46,847 bases of DNA from Jimgerdemannia flammicorona (Eukaryota): NCBI GenBank assembly GCA_003990765.1, contig RBNJ01000052.1, positions 1 to 46,847 of the forward strand, read 5' to 3'. The stretch's first letter is position 1, and each line of letters begins with the position of its first letter. The notes beneath the pieces are model-generated. The model had not been told where the DNA came from. It worked only from the letters and a program-made list of their open reading frames with translations, and ran no database searches. Shown here piece after piece: positions 1 through 9,900 of this stretch. Both the position numbers and the translations under genes were made by a program.

Positions 1-139
1 CCCTAACCCTAACCCTAACCCTAACCCTAACCCTAACCCTAACCCTAACCCTAACCCTAACCCTAACCCTAACCCTAACCCTAACCCTAACCCTAAGCCT
101 AACCCTAACCTAACCCTAACCCTAACCCTAACCCTAACC
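1..139 (+). repeat. Terminal telomeric tract (CCCTAA)n, ~23 units, left chromosome end
   Basis: Direct CCCTAA repeats from base 1. One GCCTAA variant (97-102) and one CCTAA variant. Confidence 0.98.
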
Positions 140-217
140 TTTCTGCGATCTAACACGGCTATTGCTCGACTCTGTCGATTTCTTGCACAAATCTTTGCTT
201 AAACTACACAACCGTCA

Positions 218-240
218 CCCTAACCCTAACCCTAACCCTA
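218..240 (+). repeat. Internal short telomeric tract (~4 CCCTAA units) at the 5' junction of retrotransposon copy 1
   Basis: CCCTAA x3 + CCCTA immediately before GGCCGCTCACGTG, the 5' end shared with copies 2 and 4. Confidence 0.95.
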
Positions 241-316
241 GGCCGCTCACGTGATTTCCCCATTTGGTTAGACTCGGCTTTACGGCCCGACAAACACACC
301 TCCGCCTATTTCGGCA

Positions 317-1816
317 ATGTCGGCCTCCTCCTCCGTCGTCGGTGATGACGGCAACGCCACCCGCCTTTTCGCGCGCTTCGGCGCCTCGCTCCACTGTGCT
401 GAATGTCGCGGCGTCGGTCTTCTCTCCCTCGGCTTCGGCGAGGGTAGCCTTATGGCAATGTGCAGGTCGTGCGGGGATGTACGACCGATATCGGCATATT
501 TATCTTTCCTGCGCGATGCGGAAGATGACGAAGAGATTGCGATCTCTTCCGATTCGGACCACAACGCCCAGCGCCAAAATTACTCTCCCATGCCCCCGCC
601 CCTCAATCGGAACAAGCGTGGTCGCCTGAACATTAGTTTGGGAATGACCCCGACGGCCGGTCATGTGGGCCCCTCAGCCGACCCCGATCTGGTCACGGAG
701 ATGGCCACGATGAGGAAGCAGATCTCGGATCTGCTGGCTCAGGTGGCCGAACTGGCCAAGATCAATGCCCAACTAATGGCGCAGCTTGCCGAGAGGTCGG
801 CTGCCCCAACTTCGTTGCTGTACGGTGCCTCTTCGGGAGGTACCCCCGCCACCCCTTCCACATCCGCCCCCCCCAAGTCATCGGCCCCCCCTCCTACTGG
901 TCCTGCCACGAACACGCGGTCAAAGGCCCAGAAGCGAGCGGACAAGCGGGCCGCTAAAGCCGCCGCGTCGCAGTCTGGTGCGCCGCCAAAGGAGGCAACT
1001 CCCACGGTTGCGCCTCCGGCCGCTAAAGCCGCGCCCCCTAAAAAGGGCAAGGCTAAGGCTCCCGGGCCAGTGCCCCAGGTTACGCCTGTGGGACCCAGCG
1101 CCGCCGGTCCGTCTTCGTCCCCCGCTTCGACCCCCGCCCCCCCCAAATTATACGCTGCCGCCGCCAAGAAGGTCTCTATCAAGGATAAGACCCAGGCATA
1201 CCCCGAGATGGAAAGGGCTGCTGCCGCAGCCGCTCTTTCACGCATGACCCGCAAGCCGACCTCTCATTTGTCGCCGACTGAGAAGGGTGCTAGGCTGCAG
1301 CGTGTGTACGTCGATGGATTCGCCCATCTTAAGATCGGGCAGATCCGGAAGAACTTGTATGACGTCCATGTGATGTTGTCAAAAGTTCTCAACATGTCGT
1401 ACATCTCGGCGTCGACCATCGAATTCCTGCTCCGCCCTGATTATGTCACGGCGTTCCAAAAGAAGATGAAGGTGCTCGGGTTCTCGGTGCTTTCGGCCTG
1501 GGACCCCGCCCTCCCACGCAACAAGAACACCACGGAGGCCGTGAAAACGCGGGTACTCCAATCTTTCCATGCCCGGGTCCGGCAGTTGGCAGGCGAAGCC
1601 ACTGCGAAGAGGCCTGAAGTGCAGACCTTCTACAAGGCGTGGGCCGCGGAACCTTGCCTCGCCCTCCCCTCTGTCGCCTCCCCGTCGGCCGGCCCTGCTT
1701 CGAAGGCAGGTGGTACTGTGGCCGTAACGGGTAATATGGCGATGGATTTGGAAGCTGAAGCCTCCGCCTCAGGTGCTTCTCACGCTGGTGGTGCTAACGC
1801 ACCCAGCCCACAATGA
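317..1816 (+). CDS. Retrotransposon ORF1 protein (499 aa): N-terminal CxxC-x18-CxxC Zn ribbon, coiled coil, P/A/K-rich linker, RRM-like C-terminal domain
   Basis: Open ORF upstream of the EN-RT ORF. Motifs CAEC...CRSC, heptad segment LVTEMATMRKQISDLLAQVAELAKINAQLMAQLAE, YAAAAKK, RVYVDGF...IEFLL. The RRM assignment is inference. Confidence 0.88.
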   Translation: MSASSSVVGDDGNATRLFARFGASLHCAECRGVGLLSLGFGEGSLMAMCRSCGDVRPISAYLSFLRDAEDDEEIAISSDSDHNAQRQNYSPMPPPLNRNKRGRLNISLGMTPTAGHVGPSADPDLVTEMATMRKQISDLLAQVAELAKINAQLMAQLAERSAAPTSLLYGASSGGTPATPSTSAPPKSSAPPPTGPATNTRSKAQKRADKRAAKAAASQSGAPPKEATPTVAPPAAKAAPPKKGKAKAPGPVPQVTPVGPSAAGPSSSPASTPAPPKLYAAAAKKVSIKDKTQAYPEMERAAAAAALSRMTRKPTSHLSPTEKGARLQRVYVDGFAHLKIGQIRKNLYDVHVMLSKVLNMSYISASTIEFLLRPDYVTAFQKKMKVLGFSVLSAWDPALPRNKNTTEAVKTRVLQSFHARVRQLAGEATAKRPEVQTFYKAWAAEPCLALPSVASPSAGPASKAGGTVAVTGNMAMDLEAEASASGASHAGGANAPSPQ

Positions 1817-4779
1817 GAGTCGGGTTCCTCAATGCACATGGACTAACTCAGGACAAGTTCGATGTGCTCAGTCGGTTGATTGGTCCTGCTCTTGACGTTC
1901 TTTTCATTTGTGAAACGTGGCACATTCCGCTGCATCCCTCTCCACTCGTTCACATGTCCTCCCCCCCGGCATCGCACAGGATCGTGGGTCACCAGAACGG
2001 TGGTCTCGTGGTCCTTGTGTCAAACCGTTTCGCCCCCCTCATTTCTGGGTCTTCCGCCGACCCCTTCTATATCCGGCTCATGTTCCAGGGCTTGGCTTTG
2101 ATTGGGGTTTACACCCCCCCATCTCTTTCCATTGGTGGCTTCCGTGATCTGGTGTCTGGACCCTTTCCGGGTAAGGCCCTTTTGATCGGTGACATCAATA
2201 CCCGCTTCGGTGCCCGCCTTGGTGATGTCAACTCCGGTCCTCGTGATCGAATGGATGTCGTCGACACCTCTCTGATGACGTGGTCGCTGAACCACCTGAC
2301 TCCGGTGGCTGGATCCACACGCGTTGATCACGCGTTCGCCACCGCGTCCCTCCATGCGTCCCTCACCTGCTCCACCCCTCCTGTCGCCACCGACCACCCC
2401 TCCCTCCTCACCGTCTCTTTCCCCTTCTCCCCCTTGCCGGTTGCTACCCTGGCAGGCATCCATCGTTACTCTGCGAGATACCTGACCGACCCGGTCGTTC
2501 AAGCCCACCTTCGGGAATCAGCGGATATCGTTTGTGATACCGTTATCAGGTCCATTTACTCTATCAGAGACCACATCGCCGGCTTTCGCTCTGTGGATGA
2601 TCACCAGCAGTTTGTGGATTCCCTTGATGCCCTTTTGACCTCTGGTCTACAGTCAGTGTGTGAGGACACTCTTGGCTCGTATGACGCAAGAGAGATCAGG
2701 GCAGCGCCACTTCCTAGGCGGGACCTCCTTCGCAGTGCATCTTCGGTCTCTGATGCCATCCGTGGTTTCAAGCGAGCGTATCGCTCCACCCCCTCCGCTC
2801 CCCTTCAATCTCGTTCCCCCAACGTCCCGGTGTTCGATAATGTGGTTGCTCACTTTACCACTATCTTCAGCCGGCCGGACGCCTCCCTCCGTCTCGATGA
2901 CTCTGAGGACGTCTTCCCCCTTGGCATGGGAGCTCTTGGGCTGCAGTTTTGGTTTGACCAACCTGCGGTTTGGAGAGCTATCCGCAGCTACCCCCTCTCA
3001 AAGGCATGTGGTGCTGACTCCTTACATGTCCGGATCCTTCGGGTGATGGCAGGTGAGAAGGATGCCCCCTGTAGCCTTTCGAAGGCCCTTTCGTTCTTCT
3101 TCCAGATGTGCGTGGTTTGGGGGCTCACTCCCCGCCGCTGGAACTCTGCCATCATCACCCCGGTCCCCAAGAAGGAGGAATCGTGTACGATCGATGGATT
3201 TCACCCTATTGCTCTGACTGAAATGTTTCGCAGACTCTTCGAGCGGTGCTTGGAAGGATACGTCAAGAGCCGAAGTGGACTGACAGAAATGTCATGCTGC
3301 CAAGGTGGCTTCCGAACCCGCTTCTCATCCCTATCTCATGTCTTGCTCTCGCACGAGACGTGGGCCAAGGGGTGGGGCCGCCGTGTCTTCTTGGACCTCC
3401 GGCAGGCGTATGATCGAGTCCCCCTCAAGTGCATTCTTTCCCGCCTTGAGGAGCGAGGTGCCAATGCGGCCCTCCTTAGCATTATTCGTAGCCTGTTCAA
3501 TCACTGTTCTTATCAGGTGGTTGTTAATGGCCTCGTCACCCCTTCGGTCCCCACTGAGCATTGCCTCTTCCAGGGCTCCCTCCTCTCCCCTTGGCTGTTT
3601 GATGTCTTTATCAACCCCCTTGCCGCCTCCTTCGATGAACAATTTAAGGAGTACGACTTCCCCCTCGGGCTTTTCTTTGCTGATGACATCGCCCTTACCC
3701 CCCGCACTGCCGCGGAAGGGCAAAGGATGGTCGATTTTTGTGAGGACTGGCTCCGGGCGAACGGTATGGAGCTCAATCCCAAGAAGTATGGTTATGTTGG
3801 CCCGGCTGACTGTACTGTGCTTATTGGGGGCGAACCCTGCCCGCGACCCACCTCCTACATGTACCTGGGCGTGCCGTACACCAACAAGGGGTTTGACTTT
3901 GTCGATCTTGCATTGCAGAATGCGGCAAAGGCAGAACATACTCTCGGGTTCTGCCGCGCCCGTGGTCCCCTCTGGTCGCCAATGGTCAAGCTGGCCATCA
4001 TATGTACTTTCATCAGGCCTCAGCTGGAATATGGCCTCCCCCTTCTACGAGCTTCCTGTCCGGCTACTACCACGGGGCTTCAGGTGTTGAAGTGCCCCGA
4101 GCAGGTCTTTGATGATGCTGTCGCCTGGGCGGTTGGATTTTCCGGCCGTCCCTTGCTCGGCAGTTCGATTCTCGGCCTCCCTTCCTTTCTCCGTCGAACG
4201 TCTGACCTCTGCTGCATGTTCCAAGCCCACCTGGATTGGTGTAGCAAGTCGGGCAACAACCCCATCGGTCCTCTTAGTGAGCGCTTTGTCACGCGTCCCC
4301 CGGGTTCTATTATTGACAAGTTCCAGCATTGGACCTCTTGGCTTGACTTCCTCGACTGGTACTGGGACCTCCATCCCCAGGTCCGCAAGACTCGCTTGCT
4401 CCGCTCCTTTCTCCAGTCCTTCCTTCGGGATCAGTTGCTGCAGGAATGGGCCTCCTCCTCCCAGGCTCTCGTTTGGTATATCACCCCCAAAGGCCGCTTG
4501 CGGTCGTGGGGCACCGACCGCGTCCTTTCCTTCCCCCCCCGGCTTGTGCGTTCTGCCCTCACCTGGCACTATGGCTACTTTGGCCAACCCCGCCCCTGCC
4601 CCTGTGGAGATAAGTTTCATCGTGGCCATCTCCTCAGGTGCGGTCTTCTCGACGGTTCTTATTCTGCTTTCCGAGGTTCTTCAGATCGAGATGAACAACT
4701 CGACTGGTTTACCAGTGACGAATGGCAGGAGGAACTTTGCGCCTACCCTCTTCACGCTCTTCACGAGACAGCCTACTAA
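1813..4779 (+). CDS. Retrotransposon ORF2: APE endonuclease + reverse transcriptase + C-terminal Cys/His motif (988 aa; premature stop, consensus stop at 4860)
   Basis: APE motifs FLNAHGL, CETW, GVY, GDIN, VDH, TDH. RT motifs KACGADSL, PVPKK, GFHPIAL, QGGFR, FLDLRQAYDRV, FQGSLLSP, FFADD, YLG. Tail CPCGDKFHRGHLLRC. Copy 2 reads CAC where this copy has TAA (4777). Confidence 0.96.
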   Translation: MRVGFLNAHGLTQDKFDVLSRLIGPALDVLFICETWHIPLHPSPLVHMSSPPASHRIVGHQNGGLVVLVSNRFAPLISGSSADPFYIRLMFQGLALIGVYTPPSLSIGGFRDLVSGPFPGKALLIGDINTRFGARLGDVNSGPRDRMDVVDTSLMTWSLNHLTPVAGSTRVDHAFATASLHASLTCSTPPVATDHPSLLTVSFPFSPLPVATLAGIHRYSARYLTDPVVQAHLRESADIVCDTVIRSIYSIRDHIAGFRSVDDHQQFVDSLDALLTSGLQSVCEDTLGSYDAREIRAAPLPRRDLLRSASSVSDAIRGFKRAYRSTPSAPLQSRSPNVPVFDNVVAHFTTIFSRPDASLRLDDSEDVFPLGMGALGLQFWFDQPAVWRAIRSYPLSKACGADSLHVRILRVMAGEKDAPCSLSKALSFFFQMCVVWGLTPRRWNSAIITPVPKKEESCTIDGFHPIALTEMFRRLFERCLEGYVKSRSGLTEMSCCQGGFRTRFSSLSHVLLSHETWAKGWGRRVFLDLRQAYDRVPLKCILSRLEERGANAALLSIIRSLFNHCSYQVVVNGLVTPSVPTEHCLFQGSLLSPWLFDVFINPLAASFDEQFKEYDFPLGLFFADDIALTPRTAAEGQRMVDFCEDWLRANGMELNPKKYGYVGPADCTVLIGGEPCPRPTSYMYLGVPYTNKGFDFVDLALQNAAKAEHTLGFCRARGPLWSPMVKLAIICTFIRPQLEYGLPLLRASCPATTTGLQVLKCPEQVFDDAVAWAVGFSGRPLLGSSILGLPSFLRRTSDLCCMFQAHLDWCSKSGNNPIGPLSERFVTRPPGSIIDKFQHWTSWLDFLDWYWDLHPQVRKTRLLRSFLQSFLRDQLLQEWASSSQALVWYITPKGRLRSWGTDRVLSFPPRLVRSALTWHYGYFGQPRPCPCGDKFHRGHLLRCGLLDGSYSAFRGSSDRDEQLDWFTSDEWQEELCAYPLHALHETAY

Positions 4780-5367
4780 GCCATAGATGCCATGTGTAAT
4801 TCTGGTGGCCACCTCGCGGTCGGGTTTTACCTGACCGAGATTACGAAGATGCTTGGGTGATCGAGCGATTGCACATTTTCTTTATTTCTTTCTTTCCCCT
4901 CATTCGCCTTGGTTGGTTCCCCCGTTGTTAAGAGCGCATTGAGTTATTCATCTCATATCAGTCGTTTGGAGTTCAGTTGTCGATACGGTTCATGTAGTTG
5001 GCGCTGGGCGAATGTGTATTATATTTTAGCTTCTCTCTTTTTTGCTTTCTGCATTTATTATCCTTACGGCCGTGACTAAATGGTTTTATCCAGCCCGTCC
5101 ATAGGGTGGTCACCTCTCTGGCCTTTGTTTTGTACTTCTTAGCTAGTTGTTTACTTCGCTGGCCTTGTTTTGCTTTTCTCATCTTAGGAGTCTTTGCCAT
5201 TTGTTGCTCTGATGTATCTTATCTTTTCTACAATGAATAAATCCTTACTTGAAGCCTAACCCTAGCCACTCACGTGATTTCCCCATTTGGTTAGACTCGG
5301 CTTTACGGCCCGGAGCTATTCCAAATTAAGAAAGCAGTCACTTTGATTAGCTAAGCCTCTCATCAGG

Positions 5368-5375
5368 TATAAATA
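5368..5375 (+). promoter_or_regulatory. Candidate TATA box (TATAAATA) in the element 5'UTR
   Basis: TATAAATA ~110 nt upstream of the ORF1 ATG (5478). Conserved in copy 4 (11446-11453) and deleted in copy 1. Function not shown. Confidence 0.45.
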
Positions 5376-5477
5376 CCCCCCTTCCCCATTATTTTTTCAT
5401 TGCACAAACAAAGGTCATGTGACCCGTGTTACACAATTTCAACCAAACAAACAAACACACCTCCGCCTATTTCGGCA

Positions 5478-6965
5478 ATGTCGGCCACCTCCTCCGTCGT
5501 CGGCGATGACGGCAGCGCCACCCGTCTCTTCGCGCGCTTCAACGCCTCACTCTGCTACGCTGAATGTCGCGGCGTCGGTCTCCTTTCCCTTGACTTTGGC
5601 GAGGGTAGCCTTACGGCGATGTGCAGGTCGTGCGGGGATGCACGACCGATATCGGCGTATTTATCTTCCCTTCGCGACGCGGAGGATGATGAAGAGATTG
5701 CGATCTCTTCCGATTCGGACCATGATGCCCAGCGCCCCACCAATTACTCTCCCACACCCCACCCCTCAATCGGAACAAGCGTGGTCGCCCAAACATTAGT
5801 TTGGGAATGACCCCAACGGCCGGTCATGCGGGCCTCTCAGCCCACCCCGATTTGGTCACGGAGATGGCCGCAATGAGGAAGCAGATCTCGGATCTGCTGA
5901 CTCAGGTGGCCGAACTGGCCAAAATCAATGCCCAATTGATGGCGCAGCTCGCCGAGAAGTCAGCCGCCCCAACCTCGTTGCTGTATGGTGCTCCTTCGGG
6001 AAGCACCCCCGCCGCCCCTTCCACATCCGCCCCCCCAAGTCCTCGGCCCCCCCTCCTACTGGTCCTGCCGCTAACACGTGGTCGAAGGCCCAGAAAAGAG
6101 CGGATAAGCGGGCCACTAAAGCCGCCGCGTCACAGTCTGGTGCACCGCCAAAGGAGGTAACTCCTGCGGTGGAGCCTCCGGCCACTAAAGCCGCGCCCCC
6201 TAAAAAGGGCAAGGCCAAGGCTCCCGGGCCAGTGCCCCAGGCTACGCCTGTGGGACCCAGCACCACCGGTCCATCTCCGTCCCCCGCTTCGGCCCCCGCC
6301 CCCCCCAAATCGTACGCCGCCGCCGCCAAGAAGGTCTCTATCAAGGATAGGACCCAGGCCTACCCCGAGACAGAAAGGGCAGCTGCTGCCGCCGCCCTTT
6401 CGCGCATGACTCGCAAGCCGACCTCTCATTTGTCGCCGACTGAGAAGGGTGCTAGGCTGCAGCGCGTTTATGTTGACGGGTTCGCCCATCTGAAGATCGG
6501 GCAGATCCGGAAGAACCTGAACGACGTCCATGTAATGTTGTCAAAAGTTCTCAACATGTCATACGTCTCGGCGTCGACAATCGAATTCCTTCTCCGCCCT
6601 AATTATGTCACGGCGTTCCAAAAGAAGATGAAGGTGCTCGGGTTCTCGGTGCTGTCGGCCTGGGACCCTGCACTCCCACGCAACAAGAACGCCACGGAGG
6701 GGTTCTCCAATCATTCCATGCTCGGGTCTGGCAGTTGGCAGGCAAAGCCACTGCGAAGAGGCCTGAGGTGCAGACCTTCTACAGGGCGTGGGCCACGGAA
6801 CTCGGCCTCACCCTCCCCTCCCCCGCCTCCCTGATGGCCGGCCCTGCTTCGAAGGCAGGAGGTACTGTGGCCGTGACGGGTGATATGGCGATGGATTTGG
6901 AAGCTGAAGCTTCCACCTCAAGTGCTTCCCATGCTGTTGGTGCTAACGCGCCCGGCCCCCAATGA
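5478..6965 (+). pseudogene. Copy 2 ORF1, frameshifted
   Basis: ORF1 peptide split over ORFs 5400-5810, 5801-6160, 6169-6834 and 6735-6965. Indels near 5760, 6035 and 6700. Confidence 0.9.
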
Positions 6966-9900
6966 GAGTCGGGTTCCTCAATGCACACGGACTACCCCAG
7001 GACAAGTTCGATGTGCTCAGTCGGTTGATTGGTCCTGCCCTCGATGTTCTTTTCGTATGTGAAACGTGGCACATCCCGCTGCGTCCCTCTCCACTCATTC
7101 ACATGTCCTCCCCTCCGGCATCGCACAGGATCGTGGGTCACCAGAATGGTGGTCTCGTGGTCCTTGTGTCAAACCGTTTCGCCCCCCTCATCTCTGGGTC
7201 CTCCGCCGATCTCTTCCATATCCAGCTCATATTCCAGGGCCTGGCTTTGGTTGGGGTTTACGCCCCCCCCTCTCTTCCCATTGGTGGTTTCCGCGATCTA
7301 GTGTCTGGACTCTTCCCGGGTAAGGCCCTTTTGATCGGTGACATCAATACCCATTTCGGTGCCTGCCTTGGTGACGTCAACTCTGGTCCTCGTGATCGGA
7401 TGGATGTCGTCGACACCGCATTGATGACGTGGTCATTGAACCATCTGACCCCAGTGGCTGGATCCACACACGTTGATCACGCGTTCGCCACCCCGTCCCT
7501 CCACGCATCCCTCACCTGCTCCACCCCTCCTGTCGCTACCGATCATCCCTCCCTCCTCACTGTCTCCTTCCCCTTCTCTCCCTCGCCGGTTGCTGCCTTG
7601 GCTGGTATCCATCGTTACTCTGCGAGATACCTGACCGACCCGGTCATTCAAGCTCACCTTCGGGAATCAGCAGATATCGTTTACAATACCGTTATCAGGT
7701 CTATTTACTCTGTTAGGGACCACATCGCCGGCTTTCACTCTGTGGATGATCGCCAGCAGTTCGTGGATTCCCTTGATGCTCTTTTGACCTCTGGTCTACA
7801 GTCTGTCTGTGAGGACATTCTTGGCTCGTATGACGCAAGAGAAATCAGAGCAGCGCCGCTCCCTAGGCATGACCTCCTCTGCAGTGCATCTTCGGTCTCT
7901 GATGCCATCCATGGCTTTAAGCGAGCTTATCGCTCTACCCCTTCCGCACCCCTTCAGTCTCGCTCCCCCAATGTCCCTGTGTTTGATGATGTGATTGCAC
8001 ACTTTACCACTATCTTCAGCCAGCTGGATGCCTCCCTCTGCCTCGATGACTCTGAAGATGTCTTCCCCCTTGGCGTGGGCGCTCTTGGGCTGCAGTCTTG
8101 GTTTGACCAACCTGCGGTTTGGAGGGCTGTCCGCAGCTACCCCCTCTCTAAGATATGTGGTGCCGACTCCTTGCACGTCCAGATCCTTCGAGTGATGGCG
8201 GGTGAGAAGGACGCCCCCTGTAGCCTTTCGAAAGCCCTCTCATTCTTCTTCCAGATGTGTGTGGTCTGGGGGCTCACTCCCCGCCGCTGGAACTCAGCCA
8301 TCATCACCCTGGTCCCTAAGAAGGAGGAATCGCGTACGATCGATGGATTTCGCCCTATTGCTCTGACTGAAATATTTCGTAGACTCTTCGAGCGGTGTTT
8401 GGAAGGATACGTCAAGAGCCGAAGTGGCCTGACAGAAATGTTGCGCTGCCAAGGCGGCTTCCGAACCCGCTTCTCGTCCCTTTCCCATGTCCTGTTATCG
8501 CACAAGACATGGGCCAAGAGATGGAGCCACCGTGTCTTTTTGGACCTCCGGCAGGCGTACGATCGAGTCCCCCTCAAGTGCATTCTTTCTCGCCTTGAGG
8601 CGCGAGGTGCCGATGTGGCCCTCCTTAGCATTATCCGAAGCTTGTTCAACCACTGTTCTTATCGAGTGGTTGTTAATGGCCTCATCACCTCTTCGGTCCC
8701 CACTGAGCATGGCCTCTTTCAGGGCTCCCTCCTCTCCCCCTGGCTCTTTGATGTCTTTATTGATCCTCTCGCCGCCTCTTTTGATGAACAGTTCAAGGAG
8801 TATGACTTTCCCCTCGGGCTCTTCTTTGCTGATGACATCGCCCTTACCCCCCGCACTGCCGCGGAAGGGCAAAGGATGGTCAATTTTTGCGAAGACTGGC
8901 TCCGGGTGAACGGCATGGAGCTCAATCCCAAGAAGTGTGGTTATGTTGGCCCTGCTGACTGTACTGTGCTGATTGGGGGTGTGCCCTGCCCGTGAGCCAC
9001 CTCCTACGTGTACCTGGGAGTGCCATACACCAACAAAGGGTTTGACTTTATCGACCTGGCGTTGCAGAATGCGGCGAAGGCGGAACGAACTCTTGGGTTC
9101 TGCCGTGCCCGTGGTCCCCTCTGGTCGCCAATAGTCAAGCTGGCCATCATACGTACTTTCATCAGGCCTCAGCTGGAGTATGGCCTCCCCCTTCTACGAG
9201 CTTCCTGTCCGGCTACTACCACGGGGCTTCAGGTGTTGAAGCGTCCTGAGCAGGTCTTTGATGATGCTGTCACTTGGGCAGTTGGATTTTCCGGCCGTCC
9301 CTTGCTCGGCAGTTCGATTCTCGGCCTCCCTTCCTTCCTTCGTCATATGTCTGACCTCTGCTGCATGTTCCAAGCCCACCTGGATTGGTGTAGCAAGTCG
9401 GGCAACAACCCTGTCAGCCCCCTTAGCGAGTGTTTTGTCACACGTCCCCCGGGTTCTATTATTGACAAGTTCCGGTGTTGGACCTCCTGGCTTGACTTCC
9501 TCGACTGGTACTGGGACCTCCGTCCCCAGGTCTGCAAGACTCACTCACTCCGCTCCTTCCTCCAGTCCTTCCTCCTGGATCAGCTGCTGCAGGAATGGGC
9601 CTCCTCCTCCCAGGCTCTCATTCGGTACATTACCCCCAAAGGCCGTTTATGGTCGCGGGGCACCAATCGCGTCCTCTCCTTTCCCCCCTGGCTTGTGCAT
9701 TCTGCCCTCGCTTGGTGCTCTGGCTATTTTGGCCAACCCCGCCCCTGCCCCTGTAGAGATAAGTTTCATCGTGGCCATCTTCTCAGGTGCGGTCTTCTCG
9801 ACGGTTCGTATTCTGCTTTCCGAGGTTCTTCAGATCGAGATGAACAGCTCGACTGGTTTACCAGTGACGAATGGCAGGAGGAACTTCATGCCTATCCTCT

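Larger units (their letters stand above)
241..5259 (+). mobile_element. Telomere-inserted APE-type non-LTR retrotransposon, copy 1 (youngest, near-intact)
   Basis: 5'UTR, ORF1, ORF2 (EN-RT) and a ~390-nt T-rich 3'UTR with AATAAA (5236-5241), ending GAAGCCTAA. Telomeric repeats on both sides. Collinear with 5265-10406 and 11343-17997. Confidence 0.95.

Noticed and set aside
241-290. HDV-like ribozyme at the element 5' end (starts GGCCG, can pair with CGGCC at 283-287)
   Set aside because: The pairing is not conserved in copies 2 and 4, and I could not build the nested P1.1/P2/P3/P4 fold by eye. A descriptor search would be needed.
1813-4779. Telomerase RT, Penelope-like (Athena/Coprina) or MoTeR-type RT
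   Set aside because: A clear N-terminal APE endonuclease and LINE-type RT motifs are present. No TERT T-motif, GIY-YIG or C-terminal restriction-like endonuclease was seen.
4973-5200. Lys-rich antisense ORF, and the hydrophobic ORF 10163-10387, in the element 3'UTR
   Set aside because: By-products of a T-rich UTR. The frames are not conserved between copies.
5313-5367. Hammerhead ribozyme (CTGATGA on the minus strand at ~5359-5365)
   Set aside because: No correctly placed GAAA after stem II, and the motif is altered in copy 4.
5313-5450. Spliced intron explaining the 5'UTR difference between copies 1 and 2
   Set aside because: No GT/GC...AG boundaries on either strand at the breakpoints.
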